IMG/VR virus record: IMGVR_UViG_3300037087_000137 | Coordinates: 1-36,562 of that record | DNA: 36,562 bases | Reading direction: 5' to 3' (one strand) | DNA from: a virus | Lineage: Duplodnaviria; Caudoviricetes | Shown here: positions 19,381 to 26,576 of the stretch, piece by piece | How positions within the stretch are numbered: position 1 is the first letter of the stretch | Layout of the letters: each line of letters opens with the position of its first letter | The notes under the pieces: generated by a model | Told to the model about the DNA's origin: nothing | The model's database searches: none | What the model saw: only the letters and a program-made list of their open reading frames with translations | Made by a program: the position numbers and the translations under genes

Positions 19381-19946
19381 TCGTCCTCCAGCACAACGGG
19401 GGGAAGCCCCGCGTCTCGGTTGAGATGGACCATACCGACATCTTTGAGCGAGACGCGGTTCGAGTAGAACGTGATCCCAACGGCTGGCGTCAGGTGCCCG
19501 GCTTTGATAGGCTCGTCGTCCAATTCTCCTTCAAGTAGGAGTTGGCCGTCTTCGAGCCAGACGCGAGTCACCTTGCCTGCCGAAGGTAGGTCGTGGCGGA
19601 AGTTCCATGACAGGCATGGCAGGTCGCTGATGTCCACCAGCGTGGGATCGACTAAGTCGTTGTCACCACCCGCCCGTTGATCGTCAACTGAGCGGAGCAG
19701 AACACCGTGAAAATGTTTCATGTCCAATCCAAGTGAGAGATGAGGAAAAGAGTTGGACCGACTATCAGCCAGAAAACCATGCCCTGTCAGGAACATGCCG
19801 AACTCGGTGCCGTCCTCGAATGCGCGTCGACCAGCCCTAGGGATTTGACCCCCATACCCGTCACGACGACCTTGGATAGGGCAGGTGTGCTCATCGATCT
19901 GCTCAGTGAGGTTGGGCGTGGGCGGACGTGGTGGTATGTCACTCAC
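19377..19946 (-). CDS. hypothetical protein; C-terminal half weakly resembles a prohead-protease fold
   Basis: GTGA-coupled start; NFRHDLPSAGKV...DGQLLLEGEL...PAVG...LKDVGMV. Confidence 0.45.
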   Translation of the reverse strand: MSDIPPRPPTPNLTEQIDEHTCPIQGRRDGYGGQIPRAGRRAFEDGTEFGMFLTGHGFLADSRSNSFPHLSLGLDMKHFHGVLLRSVDDQRAGGDNDLVDPTLVDISDLPCLSWNFRHDLPSAGKVTRVWLEDGQLLLEGELDDEPIKAGHLTPAVGITFYSNRVSLKDVGMVHLNRDAGLPPVVLEDE

Positions 19947-20632
19947 AGGCGGGTGTCCCCTTCTGGATGGACTCGCCTGACGTGGTCCTGGTAGCCCTCG
20001 GCCGTTACGAACTCCGGCGCCATGAAGATGCCCATCGACTCGCGACAGCGGCCGCAGGTGTATGGGTGGCCCGGGACGCCGAACCCGATCAAGCACGAGC
20101 CCCCGCAATCCGGGCAGTAGCCGTCGATCAGGCGATGCTCGCCGGTCGGCTTGAGCGCCTCGTTGGCGATGGGTGCGAGCAGCGACAGTTGGTGCCGGAG
20201 GCGGTCGTTTTCGGTCTGGAGCCGGTCGTGATCGGCGAACAATTCGCCCACGGTCTGCGGGTCGGCCGCGGCCAGCCATCGGGCCTGCGCGTTGTCCATG
20301 TCCACGATGTCGTCGCGGTAATGGCACTCCTGCACGGCCAGTTCGGTCGCGGTCTTGTATCGCCCGTTCCAACCCCGCGGCGTCGCGGGCGGCCGATCAA
20401 AGAAGGTGAACTGCGCGCCCTGCATCCCCTTCCGCGCCGCGCCGGCGACAGTGCAGATGCCATCGTGGACGGTCGCGAGGATTATCGAGCCGCTGGTATG
20501 ACCAAACCATCGCCAAGGGCCAGGCGTCACCAGAGGGAGCAGTGCGCGCAACCGCTCTCGTCGCTCCGTTGGCTCGGAGAGGGTCAGCAGGGCGGCTTTG
20601 CCTCGATCAGGACTCACTAGCGGCTCAGTCAT
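19943..20632 (-). CDS. ead/Ea22-like protein with C-terminal Zn finger
   Basis: TPGPW...NAQARWLAAADPQTV then a coiled coil; CPDC, YTCGRC...H...H. Confidence 0.65.
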   Translation of the reverse strand: MTEPLVSPDRGKAALLTLSEPTERRERLRALLPLVTPGPWRWFGHTSGSIILATVHDGICTVAGAARKGMQGAQFTFFDRPPATPRGWNGRYKTATELAVQECHYRDDIVDMDNAQARWLAAADPQTVGELFADHDRLQTENDRLRHQLSLLAPIANEALKPTGEHRLIDGYCPDCGGSCLIGFGVPGHPYTCGRCRESMGIFMAPEFVTAEGYQDHVRRVHPEGDTRL

Positions 20633-20722
20633 GCCGCACGAGCCGAGTCATGCTGTACTCGACCAGGCCCACGTTCCGTTCTGCTAGGAGATCGGCCAGT
20701 CTGTGGAGATCGTCTGAGGCGC

Positions 20723-20908
20723 TCATGCCGTCTCCTTGAGTGCGACGAACTGGTTCTCGATGATGTGTGCTGTGGCCTCACGGCGGTCGCCGATGAAGGT
20801 GCAGCCGCGGCAAATCCACGGGCCCTCATCCTCGATCACTTCGTGGTTGTCGGTCGGGACGTTGCAAAGTCCACGGCGCCACTTGCGCGGAGTTCGGGTC
20901 TTGCTCAT
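20723..20908 (-). CDS. small Zn-finger-like protein
   Basis: WICRGC...AHI; ATGA-coupled. Confidence 0.5.
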   Translation of the reverse strand: MSKTRTPRKWRRGLCNVPTDNHEVIEDEGPWICRGCTFIGDRREATAHIIENQFVALKETA

Positions 20909-21096
20909 GATGGCCTACTCCCAATTGCTTGTATCCATGCTTTGGTAAGCGTCATCGCCTCGTCAGGCGGCAACCCTTCGGCTAGCAGTTCTCGATAGTA
21001 GCCCACTGTCAGCCGAGCGAGAGCCTTGATGCCTTCTTCCTCGACCACGCTCGCGCCTTCGGGCGGAGCCAACTTCAGGTTGGGTTTGTCACCCAT
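20905..21096 (-). CDS. hypothetical protein
   Basis: ATG overlapping the ligase end; YYRELLAEGLPPDEAMTLT. Confidence 0.6.
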   Translation of the reverse strand: MGDKPNLKLAPPEGASVVEEEGIKALARLTVGYYRELLAEGLPPDEAMTLTKAWIQAIGSRPS

Positions 21097-22057
21097 GCAG
21101 TGCTTCCAGCCTCGCTGCATCGAGCAGCTTCTTGGTTGCGCTCGACAGCACCTTGCCGAGCATCTTCTTGTCCTCGTCGGACAGGGCTTCGTACTCGGCT
21201 CCGGCTTCTCGAACCACGTCGTTATACATGGCGCGCAGAACGTCTCCCGTCAGCCGTACGTCAAGCGGATCGAGGGGGATGGCATCTCCCGTCTCGGGGT
21301 CAACTCCATCCGCAACCTGGTCGAGAACGTGCTGAAGCCGCATCGGTGTGGCGTAGTCGTTCACGAAGTTGGCCAGATTGGTCATGTCAGGAAGCTCGCG
21401 CAGTGGCTTCTGTACCCGAGCATTCTCGGCGAACGCGGCGGCCTTGAACTTGCCGATCAAATAGTGGCCCCATCCGTCCTTGGCGGGAGGGTCCTGGGTG
21501 ATACAGATGCCTTCGCGCTGCGTGGTGGCGATCAGGCTCGTACCCTCGCGCCATTCGTTCAGTGTCTCGATTGGGGGCAGACCCTTGTCCCAGTAGAGCA
21601 GCGGGACCATCTTGACACCCAGGATCATGCAGGCCAGAGCCAAGGCATCGTGGTCTACGAGCGTGCCAGATGGCAGCATGAGACCGAAGGCGTAGAAGTT
21701 GCGCTCGCCGTAGTCGATGCCCTTCTGGATGCCCTTACCAGCCCACTCACCGAACAGTGTTGCTCCGACAGCCAGAGCGCTCACGTGATCCGCGGCATAC
21801 CCGACGAATCCCTGCTGTGCTTCTCGTGGCCACAGTTCAGGATCGCCCTCGAAGATCACGTTGTTTCTGGTGCCGACCCAAGGTGTCTCGTCGTTGTCCA
21901 ACCCAAAGCGGGCGTTGAAGCCATGAATCTTCTCAGTGATTACCCACTTGGCTTTCGGATCGAACCACATCTCGCGTTCGGCTTGGATACGCTCGATGTT
22001 CTCCAGATGCGGCCAAAGGGGTCTGTCCTGCATCCGCTCGCTAACGTCGTCGTTCAT
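21089..22057 (-). CDS. Rnl2-family ATP-dependent RNA ligase
   Basis: Motif I EKIHGFN, LFGEW, FYAFG, motif IV EGIC, motif V KFK, C-terminal YATPMRLQHV; start at ATG 22057 (GGAG SD, downstream of promoter). Confidence 0.88.
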   Translation of the reverse strand: MNDDVSERMQDRPLWPHLENIERIQAEREMWFDPKAKWVITEKIHGFNARFGLDNDETPWVGTRNNVIFEGDPELWPREAQQGFVGYAADHVSALAVGATLFGEWAGKGIQKGIDYGERNFYAFGLMLPSGTLVDHDALALACMILGVKMVPLLYWDKGLPPIETLNEWREGTSLIATTQREGICITQDPPAKDGWGHYLIGKFKAAAFAENARVQKPLRELPDMTNLANFVNDYATPMRLQHVLDQVADGVDPETGDAIPLDPLDVRLTGDVLRAMYNDVVREAGAEYEALSDEDKKMLGKVLSSATKKLLDAARLEALHG

Positions 22058-22088
22058 GCCTTCTCCGTCTGAGGGTTTTGTGAAGGAC

Positions 22089-22116
22089 ATGGTAGTCAAC
22101 TGACTGAGGATGTCAA
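22089..22116 (-). promoter_or_regulatory. sigma70-type promoter for the RNA ligase
   Basis: TTGACA, 16 bp, TACCAT. Confidence 0.6.
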
Positions 22117-22248
22117 GGGAGGAGAGGCAGGGATCGCACCTGCTGCCCCGGGGGCACATTTCGGCGGCACGCGAGGCGTGACGGTGCTCTCCTCCGCTTA
22201 GATGTTACCTCAAATGTTCCGTTCACGACATAGATGAGGTAATGAAAG

Positions 22249-22283
22249 GCCCCTCCGTTTCAACCCTTTCGGGCCGGAGGGGC
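22249..22283 (-). terminator. intrinsic terminator closing the tRNA operon
   Basis: GCCCCTCCG...CGGAGGGGC followed by CTTTCATT. Confidence 0.6.
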
Positions 22284-22290
22284 AAGTTTT

Positions 22291-22438
22291 GTCTGGTGTC
22301 AGCGTTGCTAGGCGGGGAGTCCGGCTATCGTGGGCTTGCACCGATAGCGACTTAGCCACTGCATGTTCCGGTGGTACCGGTCTCTGTCCCGCCGCGCCGT
22401 GGACATTTAGGGTCCGTCTTGGCGCCTGTCATCCAGAC
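22291..22438 (-). ncRNA. candidate structured ncRNA (about 148 nt)
   Basis: Ends pair (GTCTGG/CCAGAC); inner GGCGGG/CCCGCC and GCTATCG/CGATAGC stems; lies between tRNA-Met and the terminator. Confidence 0.45.
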
Positions 22439-22450
22439 CTCTTCACATCT

Positions 22451-22526
22451 TGGTTGCTATCCAGGGAGACGAGCCCTGTTTGTGGGAGGTTATGAGCCTC
22501 TCTCGGATGCCGACCCGCCGACAGCT
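22451..22526 (-). tRNA. tRNA-Met(CAT), initiator-like
   Basis: Loop CT-CAT-AA; 1:72 mismatch; ACCA end; atypical D and T loops. Confidence 0.75.
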
Positions 22527-22537
22527 ATGTAACTGAC

Positions 22538-23107
22538 CTAGAGATTACCACGCATGTCAAGTCTGCGCTGAAGAGTGAACGCCACGATGGCTCCACCGAA
22601 CAGCAAGGCCTCAATCAGCCATAGCCCTGAGCCGTCGTCGTTCGAGGATGATCCCGTTGTCGCAGTAGTCGGAGGCGTAGGAATAGGGCTGGAAGAAGGA
22701 TCAGTCGAAACGCTAGGCGAAGGCGTCACCTTGGGAGTCGGGGACGGACTGGGCGAGGGACTCGGAGAATCACACGTCTTAGGGTTCGCTACAAGCGTTC
22801 CGCTGGTGTGTGAACCATCGCTCGTGGAGGCCTCAATAGCCTCGCCAGCCGTGGCGCCTATGCCAGTGAACGGGCCGAAGTCCTGCACCGCGCTAGAGCC
22901 GTTCTGCGCTTGATCGTAGATTGTGGTCCCATCGAGCTTCACGATCAGACGAACGCCGTCGTACACTTCGCCATGAACGGTGATGGAGTAGTTGCCCTGG
23001 CAATCGACTGTGCCAGTGATGGTCGCAACGTTGTGCGCCAAAACGGCGGAGGCCGTGGTAAGCATGAGCAGCAACGCCGCTGCCAAACCGATAGTAACCT
23101 TTCTCAT
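22538..23107 (-). CDS. secreted, C-terminally membrane-anchored protein with Pro/Ser linker
   Basis: GGGGAG SD; signal peptide ending AVLA; (SP)n linker; C-terminal TM plus basic tail. Confidence 0.8.
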   Translation of the reverse strand: MRKVTIGLAAALLLMLTTASAVLAHNVATITGTVDCQGNYSITVHGEVYDGVRLIVKLDGTTIYDQAQNGSSAVQDFGPFTGIGATAGEAIEASTSDGSHTSGTLVANPKTCDSPSPSPSPSPTPKVTPSPSVSTDPSSSPIPTPPTTATTGSSSNDDGSGLWLIEALLFGGAIVAFTLQRRLDMRGNL

Positions 23108-23131
23108 GTCTTTCTCCCCTGAGTAAAGATT

Positions 23132-23214
23132 TGGTACCGACGACAGGAGTCGAACCTGCATGGTTTCCCGCTTGCTTCTAAGGCAAGTGCGTCTGCCAGT
23201 TTCGCCACGTCGGT
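23132..23214 (-). tRNA. tRNA-Leu(TAG)
   Basis: CTTGC-CT-TAG-AA-GCAAG; variable arm; ACCA. Confidence 0.9.
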
Positions 23215-23218
23215 ATGT

Positions 23219-23306
23219 TGGTGCCGAGGGAGGGATTTGAACCCTCATGGGCCATCCGGCCCACCAGCTTTTGAGGATGGCGCGTCTACCGTTTCGCCAC
23301 CTCGGC
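23219..23306 (-). tRNA. tRNA-Leu(CAA)
   Basis: CT-CAA-AA loop; long variable arm; ACCA. Confidence 0.88.
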
Positions 23307-23307
23307 A

Positions 23308-23384
23308 TGGTTCCGAAGACTGGGGTCGGGCCAGTGACCTGCGCGCCTTCAACGCGCCGCTCTTACCAACTGAGCTACTTCGGA
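23308..23384 (-). tRNA. tRNA-Phe(GAA)
   Basis: GCGCG-TT-GAA-GG-CGCGC; atypical T loop. Confidence 0.8.
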
Positions 23385-23390
23385 AAGGTT

Positions 23391-23466
23391 TGGTGAGTCC
23401 GGTCGGGTTCGGACCGACGACCCGTTGCTTAAGAGGCAACCGCTCTGGCCGCTGAGCTACGGACCC
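23391..23466 (-). tRNA. tRNA-Lys(CTT)
   Basis: GTTGC-CT-CTT-AA-GCAAC. Confidence 0.9.
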
Positions 23467-23511
23467 ACGCAAAGGTTACCTGAAATGAAGATCGAAAGTC
23501 AAGAGGGAAGT

Positions 23512-23587
23512 TGGACCGCCGACCGGGACACGATCCCGGGACCTCCACCATGGCAAGGTGGCGTTCTTCCGGCTGAACTACCGGCGG
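23512..23587 (-). tRNA. tRNA-Gly(GCC)
   Basis: CCACC-TT-GCC-AT-GGTGG; TCCA end. Confidence 0.85.
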
Positions 23588-23589
23588 TC

Positions 23590-23677
23590 TGGTGGGTGCC
23601 TCGGGACTCGAACCCGCGTGCTCCGTAGAGACCTGATTTACAGTCAGGCCCGGTTGCCCACTACCGGCAACACACTC
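23590..23677 (-). tRNA. tRNA-Tyr(GTA)
   Basis: CCTGA-CT-GTA-AA-TCAGG; variable arm. Confidence 0.88.
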
Positions 23678-23680
23678 AAT

Positions 23681-23757
23681 TGGTGGAGACAGAAGAGACT
23701 TGAACTCTCAACCTTCTCGGTGCAAGCGAGTTGCTCTTCCAATTGAGCTACTGCCCC
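23681..23757 (-). tRNA. tRNA-Ala(TGC)
   Basis: GGGGC 5' end with G3:U70; CT-TGC-AC loop. Confidence 0.9.
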
Positions 23758-24259
23758 GCGACAGTTTAACATACTTCCCCAGTCTCGTCTTGACGGCATG
23801 GTCCCACACGCACAGAACTTGTAGGTTGTGCAGATCGTTATTGGCCCGGTTGCCATCAATATGATCTACGTCCAACATGCGCGGGTCCTCGTCGTACCCA
23901 CAAACCATACATCTGGGGCCGAGGTGAGCGAAAGCACGAGGACGATAACTGGCCCGTCCGTCCTGATAGTGCTCGATCTTAAGAATGCCTGAACTTAGGC
24001 GTTGAGCCTTATCCTTACACGAACGCCCACAAAAGGACAGGGGAGACTTGAACTTCTTAGGAAGGCGCGTGATCATGGCTCCACAAAAAGCACACGCCTG
24101 AGTCTCCCGGGCCTCTTGACTGGCCCTGTCGGAACATCCCCTAGAGCAATATTTCTGGGTTCTATACGGGGGGCACAAGAAGTTAGTTCCGCAGGCACAA
24201 GTTCTGTCTTCCAGCGTTCGTATGCGACCGCCCCAGAACCCCCTCTTTGGATGATCCAT
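23708..24259 (-). CDS. HNH endonuclease (homing-type) inside the tRNA cluster
   Basis: CMVC...DVDHIDGNRANNDLHNLQVLC..DH; N-terminal Cys repeats. Confidence 0.85.
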   Translation of the reverse strand: MDHPKRGFWGGRIRTLEDRTCACGTNFLCPPYRTQKYCSRGCSDRASQEARETQACAFCGAMITRLPKKFKSPLSFCGRSCKDKAQRLSSGILKIEHYQDGRASYRPRAFAHLGPRCMVCGYDEDPRMLDVDHIDGNRANNDLHNLQVLCVWDHAVKTRLGKYVKLSRGSSSIGRATRLHREG

Positions 24260-24274
24260 ACGTCTCCCAAGTTT

Positions 24275-24351
24275 TGGCGCCCGAGGTCTGGGATCGAACC
24301 GACGACCTGAGGTTTACAAAACCCCTGCTCTGCCACTGAGCTACTGCGGGC
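24275..24351 (-). tRNA. tRNA-Thr(TGT)
   Basis: TT-TGT-AA loop; bulged acceptor and T stems. Confidence 0.8.
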
Positions 24352-24383
24352 ATGGCAGTAGTCTATCAGACAAGTCAAGAGGT

Positions 24384-24461
24384 TGGCGCTGGCGGTCGGA
24401 CTTGAACCCACATCCTGCTGTTTACGGAACAGCTGCTCTGCCTAATTGAGCTACGTCCAGC
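24384..24461 (-). tRNA. tRNA-Thr(CGT)
   Basis: GCTGT-TC-CGT-AA-ACAGC. Confidence 0.8.
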
Positions 24462-24463
24462 GC

Positions 24464-24535
24464 TGGCGCCCCGAGCAGGATTCGAACCCGCAATCTGGGC
24501 TTAGAACACCCATACCGATCCAACCGGATCGGGGC
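24464..24535 (-). tRNA. tRNA-Arg(TCT) with short D arm
   Basis: TGGGT-GT-TCT-AA-GCCCA; canonical T arm; GCCA. Confidence 0.7.
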
Positions 24536-24544
24536 AAGGAAGAT

Positions 24545-24619
24545 TGGTACTCTCGGCCAGACTCGAACTGACACCTTCGGTATGTAACACCGTGGCGCTT
24601 CCATTACGCTCACGAGAGT
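24545..24619 (-). tRNA. tRNA-Val(TAC)
   Basis: CGGT-GT-TAC-AT-ACCG. Confidence 0.85.
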
Positions 24620-24620
24620 G

Positions 24621-24695
24621 TGGCTCCCCTGACAGGACTCGAACCTGCACCCAGGTCGTTCGAAGCGACTGGCTCTTCCGTTGAGCTTCAGGGGA
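24621..24695 (-). tRNA. tRNA-Arg(TCG)
   Basis: GTCG-CT-TCG-AA-CGAC. Confidence 0.88.
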
Positions 24696-24705
24696 GCGAG
24701 TTACC

Positions 24706-24780
24706 GCGCCCGGCATAGCCGCTCTGCCATCGTGGTAGCTACTTCCACGACCAGGGAGTCGAACCCTGGGTTACCGACGC
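24706..24780 (-). ncRNA. circularly permuted tRNA-like RNA (YrlA/Y-RNA-like architecture)
   Basis: Order: GCGTC, T arm (CAGGG-TTCGACT-CCCTG), loop-closed acceptor (TCGTGG/CCACGA), D arm (GGCA-GAGCGGCTA-TGCC), GGCGC. Confidence 0.7.
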
Positions 24781-24789
24781 TTAATGTAG

Positions 24790-24865
24790 TGGTCCCGTCT
24801 GTCGGACTCGAACCGACGATTTCCTGAGTGAAAATCAGGGGCCTTAGCCTCTTGGCCAAGACGGG
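24790..24865 (-). tRNA. tRNA-Glu(TTC)
   Basis: CCTGA-TT-TTC-AC-TCAGG. Confidence 0.9.
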
Positions 24866-24868
24866 ATT

Positions 24869-24943
24869 TGGCTCCGGCAGCAGGGATCGGACCTGCGACC
24901 AAGCGGTTAACAGCCGCCCGTTCTACCACTGAACTACACCGGA
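24869..24943 (-). tRNA. tRNA-Asn(GTT)
   Basis: TCC 5' end; CT-GTT-AA loop; GCCA. Confidence 0.92.
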
Positions 24944-24947
24944 ACGT

Positions 24948-25025
24948 TGGTAGGCCAAGGTGGAATTGGACCACCGACCTGACGGTTATCAGCCGTCCGC
25001 TCTGAAACCACTGAGCTACTGGCCT
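24948..25025 (-). tRNA. tRNA-Ile(GAT)
   Basis: GACGG-CT-GAT-AA-CCGTC. Confidence 0.9.
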
Positions 25026-25031
25026 GAGGGC

Positions 25032-25061
25032 AGTCTATCAGAGGTTGCAGAAGAAACGCAA
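25032..25061 (-). promoter_or_regulatory. internal tRNA-operon promoter
   Basis: TTGCGT, 18 bp, TAGACT with extended -10 TG, just before tRNA-Ile. Confidence 0.5.
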
Positions 25062-25071
25062 GTGGGAAGTT

Positions 25072-25145
25072 TGGCACCGGTCCAAGGACTCGAACCTCAG
25101 TTTGGCGGTCCAGGGCCGCCCGTCCTACCGCTGAACGAGACCGGT
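25072..25145 (-). tRNA. tRNA-Gln(CTG)
   Basis: GGCGG-CC-CTG-GA-CCGCC. Confidence 0.85.
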
Positions 25146-25146
25146 G

Positions 25147-25223
25147 TGGTGCTCGCGGCTGGACTCGAACCAGCAGGCCAGCGGTTTATAAGACCGCCGC
25201 ACGGACCATCGTGCTGCACGAGC
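25147..25223 (-). tRNA. tRNA-Ile(TAT)
   Basis: GCGGT-CT-TAT-AA-ACCGC; ACCA. Confidence 0.85.
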
Positions 25224-25225
25224 GT

Positions 25226-25300
25226 TGGTACGAGCGGGGAGATTCGAACTCCCACCATCTTGGTCCCAAACCAAGCGTGCGGCCGTTACACCACACTCGT
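25226..25300 (-). tRNA. tRNA-Pro(TGG)
   Basis: CTTGG-TT-TGG-GA-CCAAG. Confidence 0.88.
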
Positions 25301-25304
25301 ACGT

Positions 25305-25379
25305 TGGTGAGTCCAGACAGGCTCGAACTGTCAACCCTTCGGTTAAAGGCCGAGTGCTCTGCCATTGAGCTATGGACCC
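25305..25379 (-). tRNA. tRNA-Lys(TTT)
   Basis: CC-TTT-AA loop; acceptor stem like the Lys(CTT) copy. Confidence 0.87.
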
Positions 25380-25468
25380 ATTGTTCGGGGTGATCCCTTC
25401 GGATCATGGAGCCCGAGGCATACAGAAGTCCTCGTCTGCACAGTCGGGCGCTACCCGGCGCGATGTAG

Positions 25469-25553
25469 TGGCGGACGGAGTAGGACTCGAACCCACACGG
25501 CTGTGACACCATCACGCTTTTCAGGAGCGATAAGCACACCAATGCGTCCGTCC
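25469..25553 (-). tRNA. tRNA-Ser(TGA)
   Basis: CC-TGA-AA loop; long variable arm; GCCA; short D arm. Confidence 0.8.
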
Positions 25554-25556
25554 GTA

Positions 25557-25631
25557 TGGAGGCCAGGGGCGGGCTCGAACCGCCGAACTTCCCTTTTGCA
25601 GAGGGAGCAGTTGCCACTCCTGCACCGGGCC
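25557..25631 (-). tRNA. tRNA-Cys(GCA)
   Basis: TCCCT-CT-GCA-AA-AGGGA; TCCA. Confidence 0.88.
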
Positions 25632-25637
25632 AAGATT

Positions 25638-25724
25638 TGGCGGATCGGGAGTGAGTCGAACACTCATCGGTGTTACCCGGCCTCCGCTTAGCACGCGGGC
25701 GCAATGCCGTTCTGCCACCGATCC
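25638..25724 (-). tRNA. tRNA-Ser(GCT)
   Basis: GT-GCT-AA loop; long variable arm. Confidence 0.87.
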
Positions 25725-25726
25725 GT

Positions 25727-25798
25727 TGGCACGGCGGCAGGGTGATGGTCCCTGCATGAAGGTTTTGGAGACCGACACGCCTACCGAGGCTCCACCGC
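25727..25798 (-). tRNA. tRNA-Trp(CCA), divergent
   Basis: GGT-CT-CCA-AA-ACC; T loop ACCATCA; GCCA. Confidence 0.65.
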
Positions 25799-26251
25799 AG
25801 GGATTACGATACCACGACTTGTCAAGTCGTTTCTCTTGGGTCGTTTGGCGCGATTTGGATTGACTCCGGAAGCATACTGAGCCCGACGCCATGCGTTCCT
25901 CGTCGCGTTCGGCCCAGGCTCGCGAAGCATTTGGCGACAGCGTGCAGCATGGCCCTCGGCAACAGATGCGTACTTCTTGGTCGGCTTGCGCGCAGCACTC
26001 ACGTTGCATCGGAAGTGGGAGAATGCGATGTTGGTGAGGTCCCAAAACAAGGCTACGTCTTCGTCCAGCCAAGGTTGGACGTGGTCCAGCGTGAAGTCGT
26101 CCACGGACATTTCGTTGCCACACCTCAGGCATACGTTCTCCCCCAAGCGAACCAACAGCGAGAACATTACCCGCCTCTTCAGCCGATTGACTGCGGCGCC
26201 CGTAGATTCCCCGAGTTGCAGGTCTCTCTTTGCCTGAGAGGTAGTTCTCAT
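25781..26251 (-). CDS. HNH endonuclease-like protein
   Basis: CLRC...FTLDHVQPW...NIAFSHFRCN; AGGAGG SD. Confidence 0.8.
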   Translation of the reverse strand: MRTTSQAKRDLQLGESTGAAVNRLKRRVMFSLLVRLGENVCLRCGNEMSVDDFTLDHVQPWLDEDVALFWDLTNIAFSHFRCNVSAARKPTKKYASVAEGHAARCRQMLREPGPNATRNAWRRAQYASGVNPNRAKRPKRNDLTSRGIVIPAVEPR

Positions 26252-26271
26252 AGCGCCCTCCTAGCGCATGG

Positions 26272-26309
26272 ATCGGCCCCCAGGAGGGCTTCCTACCCTG
26301 GGGGCCGAT
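26272..26309. terminator. perfect 13-bp hairpin after the candidate ncRNA
   Basis: ATCGGCCCCCAGG...CCTGGGGGCCGAT. Confidence 0.55.
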
Positions 26310-26313
26310 GGTA

Positions 26314-26572
26314 AATACGCTCCAAGTTGCAGCCGCCACCACGAGAGCACCAGTCTGAAGATCGGCGTCCGAAGGGATTAGCCCCCGGCTTGGGATGGTT
26401 GGCGGATTTGATGCAGCTTTGCCCTTTCAGTTGTCAGCGCTCACGTTAGGAACTTTGCGCTTTCAGGGTTCAGCTTTTCGATGGGGTTAGATGACTTTCA
26501 AGGTCATTGAACCAATTATGAATTGGTCGGATGGTCCTTCAGCCTTCTCTCTGTTCGCCACCGAAGCGTATT
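26314..26572 (-). ncRNA. candidate ncRNA with paired ends and an internal heptamer-repeat tract
   Basis: AATACGCTTCGG/TTGGAGCGTATT, GAGAG/CTCTC and CTGAAG/CTTCAG long-range stems enclosing about 9 (G/C)AAAGNN-like units. Confidence 0.65.
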
Positions 26573-26576
26573 AGCG

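Noticed and set aside
18360-22072. Long plus-strand ORFs 18360-19538, 19928-20620 and 21026-22072
   Set aside because: Antisense shadows of coupled minus-strand genes in GC-rich DNA.
22118-22195. tRNA-Sec or tmRNA
   Set aside because: No UCA anticodon arm, no CCA, and no tag reading frame or G3:U acceptor.
23132-23214. TAG anticodon as a stop suppressor
   Set aside because: Anticodon TAG reads CUA (Leu); it is an ordinary tRNA-Leu.
24464-24535. Amber suppressor or tRNA-Pyl (TTCTAA in the loop, short D arm)
   Set aside because: The stem pairs only with TCT centred in the loop; centring CTA destroys the anticodon stem.
25380-25468. HDV-like (theta) or hammerhead ribozyme after tRNA-Ser
   Set aside because: Could not build the nested pseudoknot or find the CUGANGA/GAAA core; kept only as a CCA-ended hairpin.
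23108-25780. ORF-track proteins overlapping tRNAs (for example the 23308 extension, 25186-25704, 24960-25310)
   Set aside because: Explained by tRNA genes; no SD or protein-like features.
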